A stretch of 63,634 bases of DNA, filler included, from Octopus bimaculoides (GCF_001194135.2; 4 parts of 4 records of this genome joined end to end with filler, not necessarily neighbours in it), one strand, 5' to 3'. Shown: positions 11,999-24,523, counted from the whole stretch's first letter. A program made the numbers and translations. Notes: generated by a model from the sequence alone, not told the origin.

Positions 11999-12564
11999 AA
12001 AAAATCTTATTGCAGATGAACAACTGGAAATAAAAATTAATAACAATAAAAATAATAACATTTCATTCATTATCATATCCAAGTTCATTTCAATTTGAAC
12101 GCATTCTACATGTAGGTTAAGTCAACAACGAACCGTGGTGGCTAAAACAACATAACTTTGAGTTTTGTGATTGTCATAGTTACAACACTGGAGGGGAAGA
12201 AAGAAAGTGAGTGTGTGTGCGCGCGCGATATCATATTTCACCATTACAAGGTCCTGATCGATCTATGAGGTCACTAAAAGAGAAGTCTTATGAATGAATG
12301 AAAAGATCTTATAAGCAAGTTACTAATGACCTTGGCATATTAACGATGTCTTGGTTGCGGACAAAGATAAAAATATATATTGATAAACTTATAAACTGAT
12401 TGCAATTGTGAATTAGGAAATAAATGATTGTGTAGGCGTGTAACCAAGTGATGTGTATACATACATACATACATACATACATATCTTAATAATAATAATA
12501 TGACAACAAAAGAATGAATGAGACCTCGATATTTTGTAAAATAGAGGAATTTATCTATAAATAT

Positions 12565-12714
12565 TAATATGTGATAATTAGTTGGTTGTCATAATGAAAC
12601 TCAGAGTTTCGGATACCGGGGCTGAAGTCTGATACGGCTGAGATGCCGGAGCAGACTTCAGCCCTGGTATCTGAAACTCTGAGTATTTTTATGACAACCA
12701 ATTATCACATATTA
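12565..12714. repeat. Foldback inverted repeat, ~65-bp arms, 20-nt loop
   Basis: TAATATGTGATAATT...GGGGCTGAAGTCTG (to 12631) is complementary to CAGACTTCAGCCC...AATTATCACATATTA (from 12652), with few mismatches. Confidence 0.85.
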
Positions 12715-12811
12715 CATACACACACACACATACCAGGAAATAAAAGATTATGTACACGTGTAGTCAAGTAACATATATATATATATATACATACATAACG
12801 TACGTACGTAG

Positions 12812-12856
<45 letters not shown>

Positions 12857-13169
12857 TATGATGGTCGTCCGCTCGTGACTGAGGAGAAGCATTACTGACC
12901 TTTAGGAACATTGTCTGCTCAATTTTACCTTATAATTTACACTTGTGGGGCCAGAAGTGTATACACACACACGTGTATATACATCTATATCTATATATAT
13001 GTAACTTAGATATGTTTCGAATGAAGGTTGGTCCAGGCAATGTCTAACTTAATGGCATCACCTGATAGGATTAGCTAAATCCATTTTAAGTCAAGTTTCG
13101 TGGTATCATGGTCCATTCGAGTAGGGAGTTCTTGTTGAGTGAGTTGTATCCAGATATAGGTAGCTTGAG

Positions 13170-13232
13170 TGTAGGACAAAAGCCCCCACGGACATAAGCC
13201 CCACGGACAAAAGCCCCTCGGACAAAAGCCCG
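13170..13232 (+). repeat. Short tandem GGACAAAAGCCCC subrepeats (MITE-like); related palindromic GGACAATTACCCCC cluster at ~55365-55415
   Basis: Four GGACA(A/T)AAGCCC units seen directly. Confidence 0.6.
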
Positions 13233-13499
13233 ATTTTTTTTCGTTTTTTTCACCTTTTACTTGTTTCAGTCATTGGACTGTGGCCATGCTGGGGCACTAG
13301 CTTGAAATGTGTCATGCTACTAAAAAACTAAATAAACTAAGATAAAATAAAATATCAATCAACTAAAAATATTTTTTTTAAAGTTTTTTTTACTCCCCTC
13401 ACACAAGAATATGTCCAAAAAGTTCAATTCTTAAAATCATGGTAGGTTAGAGTGCAGGAGCAAAAAGAGTTCCACAAAATCAATTCAAACACACCTATG

Positions 13500-13697
13500 G
13501 CCATTTCAGGAGTTCATTGCAGCAGTTCAATTACGAGTTAAAGCGCATCCTGGCAATGACCCCCTCATCAGGATGAACAGGAAAAGCACAAACCAAAACC
13601 CCCCAAAAAAAGGGGCTCATTAATTCACATATTTGTTTTCTTGTGATTTACCTTGCATTTACTTCGCATTGTTTTGGCCTTACCCACGATCCTTTAC

Positions 13698-13702
<5 letters not shown>
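13500..13702. repeat. Rearranged pseudo-LTR fragment homologous to 18055-18200
   Basis: 13618-13700 is nearly identical to 18118-18200. The reverse strand of 13556-13575 reads CATC-CTGATGA-G-GGGGTCAT. Confidence 0.7.
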
Positions 13703-13746
<44 letters not shown>

Positions 13747-13763
13747 ATGTATGTATATATATA

Positions 13764-16017
13764 TTGGGTCATCCCATAAATAATGTGATCTTTTTCATTT
13801 GCATGAACTAGAAGTCGGAGGGGGTGAGATAAACTACCTGCATAAACTTGCTATAAAAGCAGGTATTAATTTTCCCTTGCACTTATTCTTAGCACAAGTT
13901 TGCCTTTGGATTGGTTTATTTCATACGTGAGTGTTGCATTGTTGGATTCTTATTGTTAGAACTCTTCTGTATTTTTTGTTGTTGCCATATTGTTTATGTT
14001 CTGTGTTTACAGACTTTTTGAACATTTTTTCCCTCTCGTTTGAGGAAGGGAAATTATTAACTATTTTTTAATATTTTGTGCCATTGGTGGGAATTTTTAA
14101 TTCCCAAGCCATGAGTTGCTCCTCTGTTGAGGAAAACACACAAGCCAAAAAAATAACGGATAACAGGCAAGGATTTCTTAGAAGAGTGTGGTTTCCATTC
14201 ATCAAACTGTTGCTTTCAAGGTTCACTAGTTTTAGTGAACTAGAACCATGGATCAAAAGTAGACGAAAGTTGGGTGCTTGGCAGGCTGAGTGTCATAAGG
14301 CACTCCTCTGCCACATGGGTAATACTGGTAGTGTGGGTTCCACCTTGTCATTCTGTAAAGGGTTGGTAGAGGTCAAGTGTGATGACACTCTGCGAGAAAC
14401 CCTGGATTTTGAGGATGGCCAACTAGCTGGCCTATTCCAAAAGACATTTGGGCTGGGACCCTTGGACAACTTCCAGAGGTCCCTAGCCAGACAATGTTAC
14501 CAAGTAGCCTGACCAGTTTACGATAAACTCACAAGGCACGGTGCCTTATGCTCATCTACCTACTCAAGACGTGGGCAATACAGTGAAACTGTTCTGTATG
14601 CATTTGTGCAGTATTCGGGGATTGCAGAGCTGTGGGTTTACATTGAACGACTGCTGTCATGTCTGGGAAGAGTACAGCTGTCGTCCGAGTTAGTCATAAA
14701 GAATGTTCCACCTTTCTCACTGAACAGAGAAGGTAAAGTTTGTTTTCTCATAGTGGTCGTTATAGCAAAAGAGGCTACATGGAGGACACAAATGAAAGGA
14801 TTGGTGACCGATATCTTCATCTCTGGCCAAGGATTGGTAAACTTCTTTGTTTTCCTTCTACAAAGGAAAATAAGGCTAGAGAGGAGGTGCCTGCCATTGG
14901 ATAGAAACAAGTGGTTTACATGTTGGGAATGAAAGGTCTTGCATGAGTGTAAACTAGGTAAACCAAAAGGTCCAGTAGAGGAACATGGTTTGTGGGGTTA
15001 TACCCATTGCCCCACTTCATTGTACTGTTGTATTGTTTGTTTTTCGTTTGTTTTATTATCATAAATTTTTAATTGTTCATTTCTATGTATTTCCGTATAC
15101 TTCCCAACCCCGTGTTCATTTTGTATTGTCCCCTCTATGTTTGGCCCTTGTGGCTTGAATAAAATACTTATTCTTAGTGTAGGTTTTGAAGAGTGCAGTT
15201 CGATTTTAACAGTTATTTTTTCAAAGCTATAATGGAAGTGACAAAGGAGCATATTCAGTATATTTTGTTTTATAAGTTCAATAACAGCAACAACACAACG
15301 GAAAGTGCAAAGAATATTAATGCAATATATGGGGATAGAACAATAGGCTTAAGCCAATGTGAACAGCGGTGCCAGAAATTCCGAGCCAGAAACTACAGCC
15401 TAGAAGACGAGCCTTGTCCTGGAAGATCTGTAGAGCTCAATGAGGATGTCCTGTAAACTCTGGTGGAACTAAATCATATTGTAACTGTTGAGGAACTAAC
15501 AGAGATGCTTGGATTTGGTCATACAACCATTCATTCATTGACACTCGTGTGCCATCGGAAAGGTCATCAAATTGGGTCAATGGGTTTCTCACAAACTTTC
15601 CGAGACTAATCATGCGCAGAGAGTGAATGTGTGCCCTTCTTTGCTGTCACATCTCATGAATGAACCTTTTCTGGACTGAATAGTGACTGGGGATGAGAAA
15701 TGGGAAACGATGTCCCACCCACCATATTCACTGGACATTGCCCTACTGATTATCATTTATTCTGCAGTCTTCAAAATCATTTGGACAGAAAAAATATGTA
15801 TTCTGTAGATGAGATCAGAACAGTAATGGAGGAATGTTTTTTGTTGTGGACAAGTGAATTTTGGAAGATGGGCCTTGCAAGTCTACCAAATAGATGGAAG
15901 AGCATTATAGAAAACGAAGGAGAGTATATTTTAGATTAAAAAAGAACTTTCTTTATCTTAATTTTGAAAAATAAAAGAAGTATAAAAAAAAAGTGCATTA
16001 TTTATGGGATGACCCTA
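13764..16017 (+). mobile_element. Mariner with both TIRs, interrupted by a LINE and internally deleted
   Basis: TA|TTGGGTCATCCCATAAATAATG...CATTATTTATGGGATGACCC|TA. Transposase remnant MEVTKEHIQYIL...EDEPCPGRSVEL, TGDEKW, PHPPYSLDI. Confidence 0.92.
13893..15165 (+). mobile_element. Tx1/L1-clade LINE 3' portion with 12-bp TSD ACTTATTCTTAG
   Basis: TSD at 13881-13892 and 15166-15177; AATAAA at 15158. Translation LPVYDKLTRHG...ETVLYAFVQ...LWVYIERLL...IAKEATWRTQ...KIRLERR resembles the degenerate Tx1 ORF2 C-terminal zinc-knuckle region. Confidence 0.8.
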
Positions 16018-17329
16018 TATATGTGAATCCAGGTAAAAAAAAGTCACAGTAATAAAGTCACAGGGGTTTGTCTGGGGCAGAGGTGTCCAAGTAAGGTTTG
16101 TCCAGATCCCATTAATTAATTGACTTTTTTCCTAGCCAAAATTGTAACTTTTTTCCCTGTGACTTTATTATTGGTCACCGTGTGTGCGTGCGTGCGTGCG
16201 TGTATAGCACACCTAGAGTTTATCATAGATAATATGTACCGAAAACCTAGAGTCCCAGTAGAATAAATGCACGAAGTAGATGTGAACTCCTAGCCTCTAA
16301 GTTAGTAGCCGAAATCAATGTTCACCCAACCATTTTGTGATAAAGAAGTTATATAAAAGCCAGAATATTTTTTTCGACCTTCAGAAATTCTAAAGCAAAT
16401 CACAGCATAACTATGTAGCAAATCACTTTTAAAAACCTTCGTCTCTTGAACAAAGAAAAAAGCAGTGTTTAATGCAAGAGTTGTCGAGTATTTTTAGATA
16501 ATACTTGATTACTGGAGCAAAAGACCCGACCCAATGAACATCAAGGTAGGTTGTGTAAAAGGGCAACTCTCCGTAAAGCTCATCTTTGAAAAGCAATGAA
16601 CAAGGTGTTGAGCATGTCATGATTATTTCTCATGTAATCAAAAACTTCTAATATTAACTGCATAAAATTCGTTCTGATTGTTGAAGCATCAATTTGAATA
16701 GTTAGCATAACAATTTCAAGAATTACATTTAGTTTGATAATAAAATAAGAATAATATATATCTTGAATAAAAAAAAAAAGTTTTTGGTTTGGTCCTAAAT
16801 AAAAAAAAAGAACAGTAGCCAAAGCAGGCAAAAATTTGATGAGTCATGTAACTTATCGGGGTTTTCTTTGAGAAAGATAGGGTGTAAGTATATATAACAG
16901 ACAAGACAATATGCTTAAATTAAAATGTCTGTTGTTTTGACAACGAACTCTCTTAATGTGTGATATATGATAGGGTATACAAAAAGGATGATTTGTAAAC
17001 ATAAAGTTAAATTACTGTGTCTTTGTTCTGAATTTCTTATTTATGAGTCAGAAAAAAATTAATCTAATCTGGGAATATATACTATTGTAAATGTTTGGGA
17101 ACTTAGCTAATATATTAAAGGTAATGATATGTTATTCAACTACTGAATTACATATGGAAAAAGTAAATACAGACACAATTTTGTTTCTTTCCATTACATA
17201 CATACATACATACATACATACACACACAGATACATACATACATACACACACACAGATCCATACATGCATATACACACAGATACATACATACATACACACA
17301 CACAGATCCATACATGCATATACACACAG

Positions 17330-17360
<31 letters not shown>

Positions 17361-17504
17361 GATACATACATACACACATACATACTTACACACACACACA
17401 CACACACACACACAGATACATACATACATACACACACATAAACACCCACACACACATACATCCCTATATATTTGCTCTACTGATTATCATTGCCCTAGTC
17501 CAGC

Positions 17505-17960
17505 ATGTGCTTCCTAAAGGTACCACATTTTGACAACAGAATTACTGCAGCGATACAACACGCAGTTCGCAAAGAAGGACTCAACATACAGATAGTGCCC
17601 ACCGGCCCTTCCCTAAGAAAAGCTCTGTCCAAGAACAACACCCCTCACTACTCTGAGGAGTGCACATTGTTGAACTGCCCCATCAACGACCCTGAATTGT
17701 GTCAGAGGACCCATGTTGTATATGAAATCATCTGTGGAAAATGTGGCGCATCCTATATTGGAAGCACCACAAGATAATTGCATGTACGCATTAAGGAACA
17801 CATGCAGGCAGACACTTCTGTGAAGAAACATCTACAGAAATGTCAGACCCGGGAATTCACAGTGCACTTCAAAGCAACACAGCAGAACAGTGGGAACCTT
17901 AGAATCTCTGAAGCCATCCTCATACACCGAAAGAAACCCAAGATCAACAACTGAAGAGGG
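17505..17960 (+). mobile_element. Penelope-like element GIY-YIG endonuclease fragment
   Basis: CTLLNCPINDPELCQRTHVVYEIICGKCGASYIGSTTR*LHVRIKEH...VKKHLQKC...LRISEAILIHRKKPKINN: VY..CxxC..YIG motif, R-I-K-E-H, second His and EAILI. Confidence 0.9.
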
Positions 17961-18054
17961 TTACAGGAAGCTAGCTGGTTGCTATAGCAACACCCTTCTG
18001 TGCATGTCCACTCCACACATGCCCACACACATACACATTGGCAAAATTCGTCAA

Positions 18055-18092
18055 ATTCTTGAAAATGGGGTCATAACCCCGAAATATTGAAT
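18055..18092 (+). ncRNA. Putative minimal type I hammerhead in the Penelope pseudo-LTR
   Basis: ATTC / TTGAAAA / T / GGGG-TCATAA-CCCC / GAAATAT-T / GAAT. U3-A8 core variant with palindromic AUAU helix III. Confidence 0.6.
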
Positions 18093-18196
18093 ACAAGGTA
18101 ATTCACATATTGAATACATTAATTCACATATTTGTTTTCTTGTGATTTACCTTGCATTTACTTTGCACTGTTTTGGCCTTACCCACGATCCTTTAT

Positions 18197-18232
<36 letters not shown>

Positions 18233-18471
18233 TGTAAATGTATGTCAACAGTGTCAGTCAAATTTGTTTTAAATGATTCATAATAATGTATTGAATAGTG
18301 TCTTGTTAAAACTTGATCTTGTCAAAAGTGTAGTCAAATAAAGCAGTTCTTTACTGTTTACGTTGGATAGGTAGAAGGAAAATTATATTTAGCCACCGTT
18401 GTTGCAATATTCAAAGACAAGAAATTATACATCTTGAATAACAAACGTGGGCATCGTTAATCGAAAAGTTA

Positions 18472-18755
18472 ACTTCGATAACCATCAGTCAATTATTCTT
18501 TAAAGATGTAACAGAAGTTATTGATAAACCGTTAATGTTAATTTCTATTATAGAAAAAAAAAAAAACCCAACCAAAATTAGTTTTTGCTCTAAAACCACT
18601 TAAAACACCTGTAAAAAGTGCCAAAACTATAAAATCTGTTGATTGAAGTTAACAGAAGTTAATTGGTCTGATAATGATTCCCAAAGTTAAGTTAAGAGTT
18701 AAATCGTTAACGAAAGTGTTAACTTTATTAATTAACGATTAACGGATTAACTGTT
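18472..18755. mobile_element. Possible non-autonomous DNA element with GTTAAC/TTAACG subterminal repeats
   Basis: Dense TCGTTAA/GTTAAC/TTAACG motifs at both ends. TIR and TSD not resolved. Confidence 0.35.
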
Positions 18756-21274
18756 TGGTGCATTATATTTAAATAACAGTGACATCTGGCGTATGTAACT
18801 TTGGAAGTAAAACTGTAACCATTATTGGTAATGTCAGGAAATATGGTTCCCATACAATAATTATAATGTTAACTTCTATCAAAATTCTTGATGCCTATAC
18901 AAAATGCTGAAAGACAAAGGCTTCTGATTCCATCCAAACTTTATGTACAAAAAAATCTTGCAACCTTTAGAAAGTTGGCAGTTGATCCTTGTGTTCCACA
19001 TATAAGGCAACAATGACTGTTTTTTCATTTTTTGTGTTATTATTTTATCTGCCATGAGGGATCTGAAAGAAATAGAAACCTTTTCATTGGTTTGAAGAGA
19101 GTTATATGTTGGTTTCCAATCTTGGCATAAGTTTAGCAATTTCAAAGGGAGGTGTAAGTTGATCCCATTGACCCCAGTACCTGACTGCTACTTATTTTTA
19201 TTGACTGTGAAAGGATAAAAGGCTAAGTCAACCTTGGCAGGATTTGAACTCAGAACATTTTGCTTGGTATGCGAACAGTGCTGCCAACTCACAGCCTTGA
19301 ATTGATAATTAAGTGTCCTCAAATACCCTTTACACCCTGTAGAGATATCAAGACAGTAATCCTGCAACAGATTGGTATTATGTCTGTTATGATCTCTCTT
19401 TTATGTAATTGAACCTCTAAATCACCTCACAAAATTGTCATCCAACACTAGCTCTTATACATTCGAGGAGTTACATTACAAATATATAAACACAATTAAG
19501 TAACCCATACCAGCATGGACAACGGATGATCAATATCTCTCATCATAACTAAAGCAGGCATCAAATCATCAGGCAAAGATCAGTTTTAGTCTGCACCAAA
19601 CAAAGCAGTTAAGCCAGGAGTGTCAAATGCTTTTGACTTTGTGGGTTGGAATGAAGCATAAACTAAATCTTGTGGATTAAATAGGAACAGTTACTTCTAA
19701 AAACCCAATTCATAATTTAGGCCAAAGCAAATAGATAAAGGGGTCAGTGTACAATATAAGAACTTTATTAACAATAAAGGAGAAATCGGTGACATATTTC
19801 AGTATAAAGATATATAAGCTCTCTTCATTTGTTGAGGTAACAGAAGATTCATTATGGTTCATTAATTTAACTAATCAGAACTGGTGTTAGATTCTAACTC
19901 TGAATGCATACTAATGATATATATTGAAGAGAATATTTTTAAATTAATGAACAATGATTTTTTTTCTTTATTCATACAAATTGATGGAGCCTCTCTCCAG
20001 CAAGAAACTTGTTCTGCTTTGGTCTCTTGTCTTATACTTTAACTCCTCATCTCCTAGAGTAAAGCTGTCCCCTTGGAGTTTGTAGTAACCTCACTAATGC
20101 TAGTGCTATGAAAAAAACAAAGCACCCAGTACCTACTGTAAAGTCATTGCCATTGACTCAAGACAAACCATAAAATCTAAATTGTGTATCTCTATGTACA
20201 CACACATGTATATGTACAGAAGACTATGTGTATATGTGTGTCAACAGATAACTATACATACGTGTATATATGTAGATGCATATGTATGTCAGTGTTTATC
20301 AAATTCATTTATTTTATTTATCTAAATATTAGATCATCTGATATATATTTTCTCAGCAAATATGATTAATTAATTTTGAGCGGTGCTGGCAAATATGATG
20401 AGGGTAAATGGAACAAGTCTAAACTTACACATGTAGTTTGGAGAACAACTGTGGTGGTGAGGGCAATCCTGGATGTGTAGGGTTCCTTGATTGCTTCTAG
20501 TTAGGGGCTTTTCTGTATCAGGAGGGCTACACCAACCATCAGCTCACATATTTTGTATAACATTTTTTTTTTGTTAATCTATTTCTTCCTCACCCCTGCA
20601 ATCCCTTTTTTTTTCTTTACCTCATTGTTTTCTTTCTGTAAACCTCAGCAGTGAGTTTAAAATCATTATCTCTCAGACCAAAGTCCAGCACTGCATTCAG
20701 TTAATCCATTTTACCATCTGTACATATGTACATAGAACTAATTAATGGGTAAGTATCGTTAGCAGGTCAGGCGAGATGCTTAGCAGCATTTCGTCCAACT
20801 TTATGCCCTGAGCTCAAATTCTGCAGGGGTTCACTTTGCCTTTCGTCCTTTTTTCAGGGTTGATAAAATAAGTACCATTTTGACAAGAGCTCCTCCTCAA
20901 AATTGCTGGCGTTGTGCCAAAAATTGAAACAAGTTAATGGGGCAGAATCAACAAATCTAAAAAGATTAGTAAATGCGCATTGAGTTTATAAAGATAAACA
21001 TAAAAATGAATGAGCTGAGAAAATATGAATAGAATGAATGTGTATTTGTTTACAAGTGTTTATGAGTAGGTGGGCAGTGTAGTGGGTCTGAATGTACTGA
21101 AATACCATTAAAATTACACTGAGTTTGTAGGTCAGCTTCTTTATTCCAATGTGTGGATACATGGGCTAATTGTTGTGTGGAATATAATTATGCAGTATGC
21201 ATATACCATATGTAGGTGTAAACACATATATATACATACATACATACAAACATACAAACATAAAAAAATATATA

Positions 21275-21313
<39 letters not shown>

Positions 21314-22525
21314 NNNNNNNNNNNNNNNNNNNNNNNNNNNNNNNNNNNNNNNNNNNNNNNNNNNNNNNNNNNNNNNNNNNNNNNNNNNNNNNNNNNNNNN
21401 NNNNNNNNNNNNNNNNNNNNNNNNNNNNNNNNNNNNNNNNNNNNNNNNNNNNNNNNNNNNNNNNNNNNNNNNNNNNNNNNNNNNNNNNNNNNNNNNNNNN
21501 NNNNNNNNNNNNNNNNNNNNNNNNNNNNNNNNNNNNNNNNNNNNNNNNNNNNNNNNNNNNNNNNNNNNNNNNNNNNNNNNNNNNNNNNNNNNNNNNNNNN
21601 NNNNNNNNNNNNNNNNNNNNNNNNNNNNNNNNNNNNNNNNNNNNNNNNNNNNNNNNNNNNNNNNNNNNNNNNNNNNNNNNNNNNNNNNNNNNNNNNNNNN
21701 NNNNNNNNNNNNNNNNNNNNNNNNNNNNNNNNNNNNNNNNNNNNNNNNNNNNNNNNNNNNNNNNNNNNNNNNNNNNNNNNNNNNNNNNNNNNNNNNNNNN
21801 NNNNNNNNNNNNNNNNNNNNNNNNNNNNNNNNNNNNNNNNNNNNNNNNNNNNNNNNNNNNNNNNNNNNNNNNNNNNNNNNNNNNNNNNNNNNNNNNNNNN
21901 NNNNNNNNNNNNNNNNNNNNNNNNNNNNNNNNNNNNNNNNNNNNNNNNNNNNNNNNNNNNNNNNNNNNNNNNNNNNNNNNNNNNNNNNNNNNNNNNNNNN
22001 NNNNNNNNNNNNNNNNNNNNNNNNNNNNNNNNNNNNNNNNNNNNNNNNNNNNNNNNNNNNNNNNNNNNNNNNNNNNNNNNNNNNNNNNNNNNNNNNNNNN
22101 NNNNNNNNNNNNNNNNNNNNNNNNNNNNNNNNNNNNNNNNNNNNNNNNNNNNNNNTCTCGTCTGGCCGTAAAGCCTTTTCTGTTTGTTTTCCTGTCTTGT
22201 TTTTTGTCCGCCACTACATTCCTCCATGGCAAGATTTAATTTGTGTATACAAATTTAATTTGCGGTCCATGGGAAGAGCCGTTTTAACAATGCATCCTGC
22301 CCAGCTCTTCGAAATGCCGGTGTTAAAACGGGGGTAGCTGATGAAGTAGAATGTTCTCTATTTGGCTTGTGTGTTTTCTCGTCTACGTTTTGTTTGCAAT
22401 GTCCTGTACCCAGATATGCACCTATACATACAGGTGGATGTCGGTATGCACATACCTGTACGTATATATACGTATACTCATTTACTATTTGTTTATATAC
22501 ATACATACATACATACATACATATA

Positions 22526-23048
22526 CTGGGTGGTCCAAAAGTAGGTTTACAGTTATTCAACTATTTCTTTCGCATTTGTGGGGAAAAGTATGAAACCATT
22601 ATTTTATGCTAATTTAGTTAATTTTGTCAAGCTCCCTTATGAAGCCTTTCCACAGCGTTTATTTGGAAGACAGGGCAGCATCGAATGGCCACCACGTTCA
22701 CCTGACCTGACATGGATTTCTTTTTGGGGGTTGTTGTAAAGAACAAGATTTATGAGAAGAATCCCAAAACACTAAATGAATTAAAAGATTACATTTCTGA
22801 CGCATTCACTGAAATTGATGGAGATGGGAATTTGTGCCGCGCTGTGTGTCATAGTGTTCCAAAGAGGTTCGAAGAATGTTGCAGTGTTGAAGGAGAATAT
22901 TTTGAGCATCTGAGAGATTAAACATTGTCTGTTTAAGATGTGCATAAACAATATGATTGTAAGATAGAAATTTAAATGTAGTAAAATAGTTTAAAAGAAA
23001 TTTAAAGTGCCTACGTGAGAACTGTAAATCTACTTTTGGGCCACCCTG
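22526..23048 (+). mobile_element. Internally deleted Tc1/mariner element (DD37D/maT-like) with 28-bp TIRs and TA TSD
   Basis: TA|CTGGGTGGTCCAAAAGTAGGTTTACAGT ... ACTGTAAATCTACTTTTGGGCCACCCTG|TA. Remnant EWPPRSPDL..DFFLGVVVKNKIYEKNPKTLNELK...EGEYFEHL. Confidence 0.88.
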
Positions 23049-23714
23049 TAGGTTAACTGAGGTAAGCGCACATAGGTTAACAGTCAAGGCACTGAAATAT
23101 ATATATTATAATAAAAAAAAAAAGGTGGGAAGCACAGTGAATGTCCTATAAGCTTTGAATACCACGTATGTTTTTTGTTTGTTATTTTTTGTACACACAC
23201 ACACACTTGACAATTATTTATCTCTCATACAATATCTAAATACCAAATCAATCCTTGTTAGAATCTGCTTTCTATTTCTCTTGTTTTAGCTTCAAATATG
23301 AAAAAAAAAAAATCATAAAATCTTAAAATCTAGACGAATACCGTTTATGACATGATAAGTCAATTGTAAAAGTTTTGATAGTCGTAATAGAGACATTAGT
23401 CTCTCTCTATCACCTTTCAACATAAATATATAATAAGGAACAGTAGAACAATTCAACAACATAATAGAAATAAGTTTTATTTTTGATGATGCTTGGTTAT
23501 ACAAATTCTGTGTCACTCAGCTTAGCAGCCACTGATTAGGTTGTAGTTTGGTAATAGAAGGTTAAGGGCTTCCTTGATGCCTGCCAGAGAAGCAAGTACC
23601 TATCACCATCGAAGGCATCGAGGTGAAGAGTGCTTCGTTGAGGAGCAAGGAGTTGTCACGTAGAAGGTCTGTCGCTCAACTCCCTAAGAAAGTGAAACTC
23701 ACTCTTTAAGTACG

Positions 23715-23780
23715 AGTTTTACTACGCATGCGCACTCGAGGGGCTTCCGGTGGTGAAGTCCCTTGCGCATACGCAGAATA
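23715..23780. promoter_or_regulatory. Candidate CpG-rich promoter (NRF1-like and ETS-like sites)
   Basis: CGCATGCGCA (23725-23734), CTTCCGG (23744-23750) and TGCGCATACGCA (23764-23775) lie in unique CpG-rich sequence. Minus-strand donor GA|GTGAGT at 23703/23702. Confidence 0.4.
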
Positions 23781-24165
23781 GTACTTCCTCAACGGCGGCT
23801 ATAATTTTGCGCCACTACACAATTATTATTAAGACCCGCTACAAGTAATTAAATAATTTTGTTTCACTTTTTTTTTTTTTGTTTTCCCTTTATTTCTAGA
23901 AATATAAATATGTTTGGATCAGAACCAAGACCACCACGACAAAAGGATTTATAAATTTATTCGCAAGACTTGAATGGAAGCTTTGTGTAACTATCAAAAT
24001 GGGAGCTTCACTTTATTAATGCCACATATTCTATGGGTCATATGAAAAACACCAAGCACTGACTAATAATAATAATAATTAATAATGATAATAATAATAA
24101 TAATTAGTTCACTGGTAATGAACAGCTGATACTGTAGTACATCTCTAGCGTTATGCAAAGGCAAT

Positions 24166-24203
<38 letters not shown>

Positions 24204-24523
24204 GGATGTACTTAAACAAGTGCCCCACCCCCAACTGTGTTTCCTTATAACTTCCAGAAAAATGGATATTTTTTTTAGTGAAATTTTCTAATAATACGCC
24301 TGAGATGGTGCAGGTTACTGTTATATTTTTTTGTTTCAGTCATTTGACTGCGGCCATGCTGGAGCACCGCCTTTAGTCAAGCAAATCGACCCCAGGACGT
24401 ATTATTTGTAAGCCTAGTACTTATTCTATCAATCTCTTTTGCCAATCCGCCAAGTTACGAGGACGTAAACACACCATCGGTTGTCAAGCGATGTTGGGGT
24501 GACAGACACAAACATATAATTGT

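Noticed and set aside
22335-22420. CTGATGAAG motif family (also ~59425)
   Set aside because: No GAAAC or stems; only a shared repeat fragment.
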